From Microthyrium microscopicum (Eukaryota), in contig MU004242.1 of the NCBI GenBank assembly GCA_010405405.1, forward strand, positions 915,769-979,768: a stretch of 64,000 nt of DNA, written 5' to 3'. Each line of letters starts with the position of its first letter. Within the stretch, counting starts at the first letter, position 1. The notes under the pieces were generated by a model. That model had not been told where the DNA came from. It ran no database searches and worked only from the letters and a program-made list of their open reading frames with translations. A program made the translations under genes and the position numbers. This document shows, piece by piece, positions 36,155 through 47,317 of the stretch.

Positions 36155-37873
36155 CTACTGAGGATCCCGTGAGGTCTTGGAAAGCATCCCACTCCCATTT
36201 GAAAAGCTGAACAGACTGTCCCTCGACTTTGAGAACTCCTCACTCTTCCTATCCGTCCACGCCATCAGCCCAGGTAACGGATTCGGGACCAGAGACTTCT
36301 TGAATACCGTTTTCCTCAACTTGATATTAGCAACGTGCATTACGGCGGCCATGTGGCGCCACCCAGGTATTCCAGGCGGAAATACCAAGTACAGACGTTG
36401 CTGTTGGTCTGGATCGGGCCGAAATTTGTCGTGATACACTTTCTTGGACGCAACGTGCAGTCCCTCGAAGATACGTTTGTGTACTTTGCGAGAGATGCTT
36501 TGAAATGCCTTGGGTATTCCTTCGATCTCTTGTAGATCGTCGAGAGGTTCGTAGCCCAGTGAGAGGTAGCTGACTTTGGCAGTGTTGAGCAGGGACATTG
36601 TTCCGTATATGAGCAAGTCAGTGATACCTTTTGGTGATCCTGGAGCGGCAACGTATGGGTCCAGATGGTAGCCCTTTTCTGCGCCGAGTAATCGCAAGGC
36701 CGCAAAGCCGTTGGGAAGACCACATCGATCTGTGGTATATATGTAGGTCATGAGCTCTGGCAATGCGAACGGATCGTATACCGTGATGTAAGCTTGTGGG
36801 CGACCAGACTCATTTCTTTCTTCCCGCCAGGCGTCGTATACATCAACAAGCTGTTGTTGTAGAATTACATCTTTTCCAAGAGCGGGTGTATAGACTTCGA
36901 GTTTGAGGCCGTCTCTTTTTGAGTCCAGGAGATTTCGAGCGGTTCTCGTTATTGATTTGCCAGCGTTGCTGTGAAGAACGGGATTCGTCATTGGATTGAG
37001 AACTCGCTCGAATGCGAAGCACATGGTGGTATACTTCTGGGCTCTCGCATACTCGACAAAAGTCTTTCCAGCTCCAAGGAATGCGAGTCCTAGGCCTGCC
37101 TTCTTCCGAAACTTCTCGAATTCTGCAAGGACAAATGGGAAGAGACTTGGAGGGCAAAGTGGATCTCCTCCAACGACCGCGATCTTGTTTTTGATCTTGT
37201 AATACAACGCAGCTCTTCTGTCTTTGGTGATAAAGAATACATAGCTCGGATCCAGGATCCCCATATGAGATACGCGACCATGTTTGAAAATCAATTCTTG
37301 AAGTGAAGCCAATGCAGTGAAATCGTTCAAGTCAAAAGTCTCCCGGCTTAGGTCCTTGGGTTTTTGCTCTTTCATTGACTTCTTCTCTTCTTTAGAAAGC
37401 TTTGGAATTGTCTCTCCAGCCTGCTCAAACTCGTTAATAAGACTGGGATCTGGTGATTCATCTTCCTCTTCTTCGATTGGAATGTTAGCAGCTTGGGGGA
37501 GCTTGACAAAGGCCACTCGATCAACCAAGTTGAGAGAATCCCCATACCTCTTTGGGTCTTTGACTAAGCCATTAGCCAAATCGCCACCTAGCTGTTCATG
37601 AAAGAGCTTTGCTGGTGCTTTTGGAGGCTTTGGGGCTTTGGGTGTTTTGACTTTGGCTTGCTTCGATGCTTTGGTACCATTTGTCGGTGTTGGGCTAGAC
37701 TCGGTCTTGGTATCCGAAGTATAAATTTTTGGGTCTTCAAGCGTTCCTGTGTCGTTGCTTGTAGTTGTAATCGAAGTGCTCTCCAGGTCAGAAGGGTTTG
37801 TGATAGTTATAATTGGAGCAGGAAAGGCAATATCAGGAACGATATCTTGGATACTAGAATCAGGCATTGACAT
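36155..37873 (-). CDS. ergS: Free-standing DUF2156 / LPG_synthase_C aminoacyl-tRNA transferase, ErgS-like (putative ergosteryl-glycine synthase)
   Basis: HGRVSHMGILDPSY, AVVGGDPLC, GFAAL, GITDLLI, LSLG, K..YHDKFRP; disordered N-terminus and no fused AspRS domain. Confidence 0.7.
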   Translation of the reverse strand: MSMPDSSIQDIVPDIAFPAPIITITNPSDLESTSITTTSNDTGTLEDPKIYTSDTKTESSPTPTNGTKASKQAKVKTPKAPKPPKAPAKLFHEQLGGDLANGLVKDPKRYGDSLNLVDRVAFVKLPQAANIPIEEEEDESPDPSLINEFEQAGETIPKLSKEEKKSMKEQKPKDLSRETFDLNDFTALASLQELIFKHGRVSHMGILDPSYVFFITKDRRAALYYKIKNKIAVVGGDPLCPPSLFPFVLAEFEKFRKKAGLGLAFLGAGKTFVEYARAQKYTTMCFAFERVLNPMTNPVLHSNAGKSITRTARNLLDSKRDGLKLEVYTPALGKDVILQQQLVDVYDAWREERNESGRPQAYITVYDPFALPELMTYIYTTDRCGLPNGFAALRLLGAEKGYHLDPYVAAPGSPKGITDLLIYGTMSLLNTAKVSYLSLGYEPLDDLQEIEGIPKAFQSISRKVHKRIFEGLHVASKKVYHDKFRPDPDQQQRLYLVFPPGIPGWRHMAAVMHVANIKLRKTVFKKSLVPNPLPGLMAWTDRKSEEFSKSRDSLFSFSNGSGMLSKTSRDPQ

Positions 37874-39366
37874 TGTGTGAAGAGATAGAATGAGCTTGAA
37901 CTTGTCTGAGATAAAATAGGCCAGTAAGCTTGCAGAGATGCGATGGCAAACAACGGTAATCCTGGATTTGTGATGATCCGAATTATAGTTGTTACGCGGT
38001 TTATATAAAAACGACCTACTAGTAGGTAGTACACGTGTGGTTATTTCGCTTGGAGACTGCAAATCTTACATTGAGGCTGAGTTCGGAACAGCTGTTGTAA
38101 TAATTGGTTGGAATCTCCCAATCGTCTATAAAAAGTGTTAAACCTGGTGCCTATTTGACTCCTACAATGGCCAAATAGGATAAAGTCTGCGCCAGGATTT
38201 CCAGGCAGATTTAAACACGAGTGTAAGGGGAAGCGTACTAAGCCAAACTGGTGGCAGTTGACGAATTGCTTGCCGCAGCAAGAAATTCTAGCTTACATGC
38301 ATGAAAACACCAGGATTGATACGCTCCTGCTATCCCGATTTGTCGCTTTAGACGAAAGCATTGCCCGTTGCTACAACGTTGATCTAGAAGAGGGAAGTTA
38401 TGTGTAGTAAGACATGATATGAGCTGCATTGCGCCATTTGCGCGTCGCCCATCCAAAGCGCTGGAAACTATAGCCACTTCTCGTCATAAAATGCGATGGG
38501 AGACATCACATTTGATGGGGCCACGACATGTATTATCGACCGAATACAAGGCTTTATTCGATCACCAGCGCTGCTGAGCACCTGACAAGTTTTCTTGTAC
38601 TTGTTAATGTAGACCTGCGGACTCGGTTTTCCTTTGGGCTAGGACTTCACTGTGAACCGGGTCTGGGTGTTTTTGGGCCAAAGAAGATATGCATTAGAGA
38701 AGTCTATTTGGAGGGAAGGTAGCAGGTCTGACGATAAAGGAGGCGATTCACAATGAGGAGCAAGAGTGAAAGGATGTCTACACTTGGAGTTGAAGCAGAT
38801 TTGTAGGTTGAAGACTGGAGAGTCGAGAAACTGAAAACAGGAACGAAGCAACAGGTCAACTGTCAACAGCTTGTAGCGTGCATGGGCCACATCAAAGTCT
38901 GTGCGTGTGTTGTTCTTGGGTAAGCGCTTTGCCGCTGCTCTCTTCTTGATTGTTCAATCTTTCTTCGATATTTCTTGCAATCCTTCGAATCCTGCCCAGG
39001 ATAATGGATTACAGTATCAACGGATCGCAAAGCAACGGTCATCCCTTTGATAGCTTTGATCGCCATGGGTCTTGGGAGGGGGAGTCGAGTCTTGTCTGGA
39101 GCATACATCCCCTTTCGCCCAAAGCGGTTACCACTGGAGGTAGGCAGAAGCCATCCAGGCTTCACAGCCACCACGTCTTACCGCTACTCTAGGCTACTTA
39201 TCGTGACTCGATAGTCATGTCGAAATCATTCCTTCTGTTGCTATCTTGTGCATCGAATAGACGTATAAAATGATCCCCGACCCTTGGTCTTGGTTACTTC
39301 TCTGATTCAACTACTGCTACTCCCACTTGTAGCTTTAGCATTGTCCTATCTTCTCTAGAACTCGCC

Positions 39367-42300
39367 ATGCCTTCGATTCAGCTGAATATCTCAAGAGTCC
39401 GTGATGGGAAACCATCCGACTTAATCACATACTTCAATGAGCTTCGAGAGGATCATTCCGACACTGCTGTCTACCAATCTTTTTCCAATGCTGTGGGAAA
39501 TGAAGAATTGCGACCAGGACTCTTCAGTATCATCTTTTCCTGGATGAAATCCATCGAAATCGTCGCTCTTTGCCTTCAATCCGAGAAATCGCAGTTCATT
39601 CGCAGGCAAGCCATCAAGCACTTTGGAAGAGCACTCGCCAAGCCTAAAGAATGGGAATCTGCGTGGCGAGCAGTTGGTGGATCTCAAGGTTTGGTAAATC
39701 TTTTTTCCAGAATCTCTGTTCTAGAAGTCAAGGCCTTGTCTGGCGCCATTGGTCGTTGCAACCGAGGCCAACATGACCTGACCAAGCGTGAGACGGTGAT
39801 AGAGGAACTTGTACATGCTCTAGTTCCATCGCATTATGGATCGCGTCTTCAAAGTCAGGATAAGCGACCAATTCAGCATCACTATGGCCGTATGGTGACA
39901 GCTTGCTCTTCTTTATTTGTTGAGACCTTACTCAAGACGGAGGACAAATCCAATCCCTTGTTCCAGAAATTACCAACGCAAAGACTTATCAGAACTCATC
40001 CCAATATTTTACAGGAGCGAATCCTTGAAACCATCACTGGGTCTGGTCCATCAGATCGGAATATCAATGATTATGTGATAGCATTCACTCATACGGAGCC
40101 ACCAAAAGCAACAGCTGATCCCAAAATATCTGCCTCCATGGCTTTTGCTGAGAAAATGCTACATATTCGTCTGGAGAGACTGGAAACTGTCCCTGAAGAT
40201 AAAAGCTGGCCTACCTTTTGGGGATTTTCGGAAACCGATCTCTTCAAGTCTCTCTTCCGCCGTTACACCAAGAAGAAGCTTCCTGAAGCTAAGATTCATG
40301 GACTCATTCTTCTGACACTGCGTTACATTGAACTCAAGCCAGACAAGAAACAAGACTTCAACTCAGGATATCCTGTTACTTCTCTGTGGCACACCATTCT
40401 TGAAAAGTGGAAAAGATTACCCGAGTTCTATGGCGATGCACTACAACTTGCTTTTCGACTTGAATTGGGCGGATCCCAAAGGTCACTATGTCAAGACTTT
40501 TTACGAGCCTCCCAACATCTCAAACTAGAAGGAGAGCGAAGATGGACACTCTTCCAGCTATTTTGTCTTCGCACCCCCAAAGTTGAGATCGACTTAAGCA
40601 CCACGAAGAGCTTCAAACCATTGGCAAAGATTCCTTGGTCTGTCGAGTTTTTCTACTACCTAGAGAAAGATCATTCCCTCGCTATATTAAAAGCTCTTTA
40701 CGCCATAAACAAGGAGTTCTCTTTCCTTAATGCTTCACACAGGAATACCATCCTCACCACCCAAGACATTCAATCACAAAGAAACTTCAACGCACTACTT
40801 CTCATCACAATACTTGAACGCGGATCGTATCCATCTCTTGAGCGTGCGGAGAACATGGTCAATGAACTGAGGAAGAAGGCCGCAACCTCCAAAGAACAGC
40901 CAGACAGAGCCGAGTTTGCAAAGGCCGCCGCGGATCTCGCCATAGCAAGCGGCGACCTGGATCTGTATGGCGATCTGATCACATGGCAGCAACGATATGT
41001 GAGAGACCCACTCACAGTGAAGGCAATCTTCTCACACAATGCTGTCGCGACCGCCGAAGGAATAGAGCTTTTGTCCGGCATGCCAAAGCCGCTGCCGCAG
41101 GATCTCACGCTGTCAGAGGCTGCGACCACAGTCAGTAAAGCCAATGAGATACTGCTCGAGTTCCAAAGCATAATGAAATTGGCCAAGAAGGAGCCATCTT
41201 TTCAGGCATACGACTGGCACGGGGTGTCGTCATTATTTGGATCGGCCCTCAGTGAAAGACTCGTGCAGACTCAGGAATTCCAGAAGAATATCAAACATTC
41301 AGAGTTAGACCTATACAGTGCCATATGGGTCGGAACACTTGACATGCTTGGAAGTGTAAATTCCGATTTCCTCCACCAAGCTCGCGGCACGATGAACGCT
41401 ATTTTCAAGACTTTGCCGCCTAGCGCTATAGCTACTGCTAGCAAAGCAATGCTACAAAACGGTAGCGAGCGTCGCAAGAGACAAGATCGACAGCCTGAGG
41501 ATGATACCCTGGAGATCATTTCCTACGAGATTCTCCTACAGCTCGCCAAAAGCGATAAGCCTGAACTGGCACAGCGACTAGTCCTTCAAACCATTCTCGA
41601 TCGACCAGATGCTAGCTCTTGGCACCGGTTGTTGCTTTCACCAGGATTCATGAAGAAGCTCTCGGCCAACGATGCACAGCGAATGTTGCTGGCCTTCGCC
41701 ACCGCTATCGGGGAGAAACTGGAAGAGCAATCATACGTTAAAGTAGGCGAAGCAGCCCCAGCTCGCTCTGCACCGCCTCAGTCTTTGGTCAAAGTCACGA
41801 CTGTCAAGTATCTTGCACAACTTCTGGACAATGCCGAGTTCATTTCGGCCGACGCGGCAATCGATGTTCTGGTTGAATTGTTCAAAGCTGGCACTCATCG
41901 AGATATCCGTCTTGCCACTCTCGACAGTCTTCTTAGCCTGCTCAACAACATATGTGGTGGATCGGATGACAGCTGGAAATCGAATCCACAAATGGAAAAG
42001 ATCTTATTCGCCTTAGATACCGTTGTGCCTGTAATCGGTAGCATCAACGAAAATCGGCCACCTAGTGCCGCGGATTGGGCCGAAGCTAAGGAAACAGGGA
42101 CTCTTCCTAGCATTGTTGATGCCTCGCTGGTCATCCCGCCTTTGATGAATGCCGTATTTGCTGCTTGTTCCAATCATTCTAGATACAAGAATCTGGCGAA
42201 GCTAGCTGATGTTTTCGTCTCCCGATATATCGTACCCACGGTTGCTCACTCCAAAGCAGAACATACGAAGTGGCTCACCTTGTTCCTAGTCAAGTACAAT

Positions 42301-43392
42301 CCCCACCTCACCGTGAAGGACATCCCATCAACTCCGCTCAGTGTAGAGATCTGGCACTGGTCTCTGCAAAACTACTGGAAATACATGCCTCAGACCGTGC
42401 TGGACGATTACAACAAGCACATTGTCATGACTATCGCACCATCGTCCTCTCTCACTGAGTTTAATCGTTCCCTAAAAGATGACATTGATGTTCGAAATAC
42501 GCCCGAAGTCCAACACTGGCTCTCTGTGTACGGCCAAGATTCATCCACCGCATCCTCCCGCGCCACGGAAACCCAATTCCTGCTAGAGCACGCGCATTTT
42601 GGCTACGAATCGTCTGTAGTAACCGATGGCATCTCTTTCAACCATGTGCGAGACATTATCAATTCCCATGCGGAGCTATTTCTTGACGGACCGGAAAGGT
42701 TTAGGCGTGTCTGGTCTATACTTGCCGAAGACTGCTCGCCTTCGAAGAAAGGTATTTTCCAAAACGATAGAGTACTATCTCGGACTCATTTTGCGGCGTG
42801 GCAAACAACCGGGAAAGTCATATTGGAAGATCTAATTGAGCTCGTGGCCACTCGCAAAAGAAAGGATCCGCGTAGGATCCTTCCATCAACGCTTAAGCCA
42901 CGATTGCATCTGTTACCGTACCCGTATCACCCTGAGCCGGCGCAGCTTGAACAGGAGTGCAGTGCGCTGGCAGGCGAGCTAGAAGGCTTGTTAGTTGAGC
43001 TACTCAAAGGCCAAAATAACGCCCTTCGCTGGCCAAAGATTGCCGAGGACGCTCGTACTGTTTCTAGCTTTCTCGTGACAGATGAGGAACGTATTCAGGT
43101 TGCAATTTGCCTTGGGAGCTCGATTGGGAGGCTTGATACTGAGGCCAGTTCGGAGAGAATTGCTCTTGACCTGGTCAAACTTTCGGTCGCTTTCTCGCTC
43201 ATGGAAAACCGCACACAGTACTTCAAGAAGACACCTCAAGCTAATTTCTCTCCAGCCAAACTGAAGCTTATCGAACAGTTAAAGGAGTGTGCGAGGCTTT
43301 GGGAGAAGCACTCTGATGAAGGCGTTCGAGACATGGTATTCAGATGGAAGGACGATCACCAAGATCTCTGGACTAAACTCATGAAAGCTTAG
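39367..43392 (+). CDS. Large intronless hypothetical protein (1341 aa), probably alpha-helical solenoid
   Basis: 4-kb stop-free ORF with gccATG context and upstream TATAAAA at about 39264; Leu-rich helical pattern; no catalytic motif recognised. Confidence 0.85.
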   Translation: MPSIQLNISRVRDGKPSDLITYFNELREDHSDTAVYQSFSNAVGNEELRPGLFSIIFSWMKSIEIVALCLQSEKSQFIRRQAIKHFGRALAKPKEWESAWRAVGGSQGLVNLFSRISVLEVKALSGAIGRCNRGQHDLTKRETVIEELVHALVPSHYGSRLQSQDKRPIQHHYGRMVTACSSLFVETLLKTEDKSNPLFQKLPTQRLIRTHPNILQERILETITGSGPSDRNINDYVIAFTHTEPPKATADPKISASMAFAEKMLHIRLERLETVPEDKSWPTFWGFSETDLFKSLFRRYTKKKLPEAKIHGLILLTLRYIELKPDKKQDFNSGYPVTSLWHTILEKWKRLPEFYGDALQLAFRLELGGSQRSLCQDFLRASQHLKLEGERRWTLFQLFCLRTPKVEIDLSTTKSFKPLAKIPWSVEFFYYLEKDHSLAILKALYAINKEFSFLNASHRNTILTTQDIQSQRNFNALLLITILERGSYPSLERAENMVNELRKKAATSKEQPDRAEFAKAAADLAIASGDLDLYGDLITWQQRYVRDPLTVKAIFSHNAVATAEGIELLSGMPKPLPQDLTLSEAATTVSKANEILLEFQSIMKLAKKEPSFQAYDWHGVSSLFGSALSERLVQTQEFQKNIKHSELDLYSAIWVGTLDMLGSVNSDFLHQARGTMNAIFKTLPPSAIATASKAMLQNGSERRKRQDRQPEDDTLEIISYEILLQLAKSDKPELAQRLVLQTILDRPDASSWHRLLLSPGFMKKLSANDAQRMLLAFATAIGEKLEEQSYVKVGEAAPARSAPPQSLVKVTTVKYLAQLLDNAEFISADAAIDVLVELFKAGTHRDIRLATLDSLLSLLNNICGGSDDSWKSNPQMEKILFALDTVVPVIGSINENRPPSAADWAEAKETGTLPSIVDASLVIPPLMNAVFAACSNHSRYKNLAKLADVFVSRYIVPTVAHSKAEHTKWLTLFLVKYNPHLTVKDIPSTPLSVEIWHWSLQNYWKYMPQTVLDDYNKHIVMTIAPSSSLTEFNRSLKDDIDVRNTPEVQHWLSVYGQDSSTASSRATETQFLLEHAHFGYESSVVTDGISFNHVRDIINSHAELFLDGPERFRRVWSILAEDCSPSKKGIFQNDRVLSRTHFAAWQTTGKVILEDLIELVATRKRKDPRRILPSTLKPRLHLLPYPYHPEPAQLEQECSALAGELEGLLVELLKGQNNALRWPKIAEDARTVSSFLVTDEERIQVAICLGSSIGRLDTEASSERIALDLVKLSVAFSLMENRTQYFKKTPQANFSPAKLKLIEQLKECARLWEKHSDEGVRDMVFRWKDDHQDLWTKLMKA

Positions 43393-43881
43393 AGGAACAT
43401 AACGTTAGTTCTTATCAAGGGGCGATTTTCCCACACTGATCGATTAAGCTCCATGCAAATGAAGTAACTTCCCCAGAAATGTGCCAGGGCCATTGAGCAG
43501 CTGAGCTTTGTCAACTTCTCAATGCGTACGAAGCAATCGCTTATATGACAGGCACATATGGAATACCCTAATGCTGATTGGTGGGGAGTATTTCTTATTC
43601 TAAACTCTAATATGGCATTTCATATACCCTAGTGCCCTTCAATAATTATTCGATGCGCTGGGGCTTCGGGCCCTTATCCTGAGATTTGTAGAAACTCAAA
43701 TGTAGACCACGATTGCTTGGAGGACTTCTTTTCTTACTACCGACCATCTGGCTTGCCATATTCTAACTCCATACGTTCTTTAATCGGTGGTCACAGAGCT
43801 TCCTTCATTTAGCATTCCTTTCTAGTAGATTGGCGAAACGAAAGCAACTCTATCGCTCGAACGAAGTCCTTCATAGTCGCG

Positions 43882-45368
43882 ATGTACTCCTCATTACTTT
43901 TTGGCTCGCTCTGGGCGGCTCTGTCTGCGTTTGCACAAGACGATGCCGCTCCTGTCGATATCACTTCTTCGTTTACGGAACCTAATACTGGAATCCAACT
44001 ACAAGTTTCTGCGCCGCATGGAACGTCGGGTATGAAGTTTGGTATTGCGCTGCCGAAGACTGGTGGCAAAAGCTTCATTGGATTCTTTGTAAGCCTTTGG
44101 GCCTGGTAACTTGTTTTTTGACACTGAGCTAATGTGAAGTGATACAGAGCGGATCCGCAGAGTCAGCGCCATGGGCGGGTGCGTCGTTAGGTGGTCCAGT
44201 CATGCTGGGAAATGTACGTACAATCCATCGCGGACACCTCGACTCGTCAATAAATATATTGTGTTGTGGATCAGACATCAATCTATCACCACATGCGAGC
44301 AAAATCTTTACATTCGAATCGATGAACTGACTGTTTTGCAGCTATTGGCAGTAGCCTTTCCCTATAATTCAGTCAACAAGGTGAAATCAGACGCATGCAA
44401 AATACCTATTGGCGATGTCCGAACAGCTACGTAAGTTGTCATAGAACTTTCGTTTATCAAAACTAACCTTGGCAGTGGATACACAAACGACGATGTCCAA
44501 GTATACAAGGGAGAAGGCGCTGCTAAGGTTGTTAACAAGCCGATCAAGAAAGGCACATTTGCCAAGGGGAGCGACTGGCAATACATGTTTTTATGTGAAA
44601 ACTGCATGGTCAATTCTTCTTTAGTCTTCGACCAAAAGGAGCAGCGGGTCCAGATAGGCTATGTTGCGGTATGTTTGTCCAGCTATTATCACTATCCTGG
44701 CATCAACTGGGGACATACTTGAAGAGGTCAGCGCTGACATTTTGTTCATTATATAGGGACCAGCAGCTCCAAGTGCCCATTTCTACGGAGCCAGGCTCGT
44801 AGAACATACAGGTCGCGCCGCACTCTCCTTCGGTCTCAACATCACCGCGTCTAAAAGCGACAAGTTTGACGAATGGGCAAAGCTAGCAGAAGCACCATCC
44901 GCAGACTGTGCTCCAACTCCAGAGCAAGAAGAGGCACTCAAGCCAAAACCTCCAGCTCCTATAACAGATGAGCCAGCGCAGCCATCCGGTCCTCAGGGGC
45001 CTATGCCTTGGGAAATTCAGGCGTCCGCGACTGAGGCTCCAACAGAAGCTGCGACCTCTGCGCCCGCGGCTGCAGGTACTGCAAGTGTATCTACAAGTGC
45101 TCCAAGTGCTCCCACACAGGCTCCAAGTCCTCCAGGTGCGGCGCCTTTTGGAGGTGCAATGGGCGCAAAAAGTGGAGGCAAGGGAGGAAGCAAGGGCGCA
45201 AGGTCCAATAGAGGTGGAAACAAGAGCGGAAACCGAGGACAGCTGCCAAAGAATTATGGAAAGGGTAGTTCGATGAGAGGTGCCCCGAAATCTGGATCTA
45301 ATGGTCAATTCAATGGCTTTCCGAAGGGAAGCTTTCCTCAGGCCGGTGGTAAAGGATTTGGGCACTAG
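43882..45368 (+). CDS. Secreted stand-alone cellobiose dehydrogenase-type cytochrome b domain protein (AA8) with Pro/Ala linker and Gly/Lys tail
   Basis: Signal peptide, FTEPNTGI, FGIALP, WAGASLGGPVM (Met ligand), FLCENC, LVEH (His ligand), FDEWAKLA; introns 44089-44147, 44214-44341, 44431-44475, 44669-44756. Confidence 0.85.
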
Positions 45369-46152
45369 ATGAAGGAGCTTCTTCCAGAGATATCTCCCGT
45401 CATTGTCTAGATTAGAAATAAAGTAAAAAAAGGAGGAGGCGAAAAATGTAAATGAATGACAGGGGCTTGACCTCGCAGTGCATCTGAAAGGATGGTGTGA
45501 TACACAGTAGCTGTGTAGGTATAGAATATACATTCGAGTTCGATGTTGAATCACTACTAGCAGACATCCATCTCTAGATACTATGCGCTAAGTTGGAAGC
45601 CGTTTTCCAGAAATCATCATTCAGGAGTGTGAGAATACAAATTTGTCTGCATTGTTACAGATAGTCGAGTTTAGTTCTGGACGCAAACTTACTCCAACGT
45701 CAGCCTTTTCTTCTAATACTTCTGTGCCGCAAATACGAGCTGGTATGTTATGTTGCTTCGCTCCGGACCGGATCCTGGTCAAGTTCTCAGGCAAGTATTT
45801 ATATGTTTTTCTAATATATGTGTCAGTTTTGTGCAACGAGGTCTTCCTGCGGCCACCTTTATGGTTGCATTGATCAGTGAGATATATTTTGTGGAACATT
45901 TCGAGTTCCTAAATTGTACTATAAGTTCTATTTTGTTGATCCTATCGAGGTCATTGTTCCATTGAGGATTCATAGGGCAAGGAATCAGGATTTTGTTCTA
46001 GAGATCAAAAGACTATGGACACTAACTGGTATGGCGGCCCCATAAAAACCTTCCGTGAAGGATTTGATCCACTGTGAATATTTCGGAGGCGAGGACGTTG
46101 ATATAGATACTGTATATAAAGAAGCAGAATGTCTTGATTTTATGTCCAGCTC

Positions 46153-46193
46153 AACCAAACAACCAACAAACAAACAAACAAACAAACAACAAC
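46153..46193 (+). repeat. (CAAA)n-type microsatellite in a 5' UTR
   Basis: aaccaaacaaccaacaaacaaacaaacaaacaaacaacaac immediately before ATG 46194. Confidence 0.85.
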
Positions 46194-46831
46194 ATGCATT
46201 CTTCTCTTATCTTCGTTCTCGCTCTCGCCAGCGCTACCTTTGCTGCTCCATTCAGCAATAGTACTGCTGCTTCTACTTTCCGGCCAAATGATATCTGCGA
46301 ATATGCCCAACTTGGACCACGAGTGACTGGAGGGGTATGTCAATAGTATACATTCCCTTTGTTCAGATATACTGATCTTTCCATAGTACTGCGAGCAGGG
46401 CGCCGGCGAACACGGTGAAGGTCGATGCATAATTGACGTTCTGGGCGGTAAAATGGCAGGCGCGTGCGACTACAGGTATAGGTAAGGATCCTTGTGAACT
46501 TGAGCTCACTCAATTGGAATTGGTGGCATACCCTACTGAAGTCATCTCGACTCTCTTCATTGTTCAGAAGCGGAATGCCAGACTGCTCTGTTGGCTCATG
46601 TCGTTTTGTTTACGTTCTCTGTCCGGGATACTAACTATTGATTAGACATGATTTACCCGGTGATCCACCTTGTGGAGAGGATCCTGCCAGACAACCAGTA
46701 GCTGTAAGTTTTCTAGTCCTACTTTATGCAACATTAGGTCTAACTCGTTACAGTGCTCACGAACTGGAAATCCATGTGAGGTATTTGAAGCTGCTGGAAA
46801 CCCACACAAGCATGTCGCGCGCTGTACCTAA
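46194..46831 (+). CDS. Small secreted cysteine-rich protein (8 Cys), effector-like
   Basis: TATATAAA at about 46113, signal peptide MHSSLIFVLALASATFA; introns 46335-46386, about 46482-46645 and about 46704-46753 give an open frame ending HVARCT. Confidence 0.65.
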
Positions 46832-47317
46832 AGAGAGTCATGTAACAGTCACTCATTGTAATACCAGATGCTTTTCCGCTACCAGAGAATCAATCTTTTA
46901 AGATCGTGAATTTGTCTCAGAACGTGATGTGGCCGTGCCAGAGTGGGTAGCGCGGCGGCTACAACATAATACTGCACAATAGGAACATGTTTGTGCGGAG
47001 TCCTTTAGTTCATGTTCATACAATAAGAGAACTTATTCTCTGCCTTCGTGAAAGATTCATAGGTCTATATTCTGCTGCCACAATGCTGAACATACAATAC
47101 GTGATACTGGTGCGTTGACCCTAGCATCTACCAACCAGACATTAATTAATCGCCCGGCCAATCTCGTTGTTGGCCCAATCAACTTTCTAGCATTGATTAT
47201 AGTTATTTTACGTCTAATTATGGTCCTTCAATATGGGAGGTACTGTTCCAACTACTCCATCAAATAGGTTTGCCATCTCGACACATCCTGCTTCTCAGCT
47301 ACAGTCAATACATGAAA

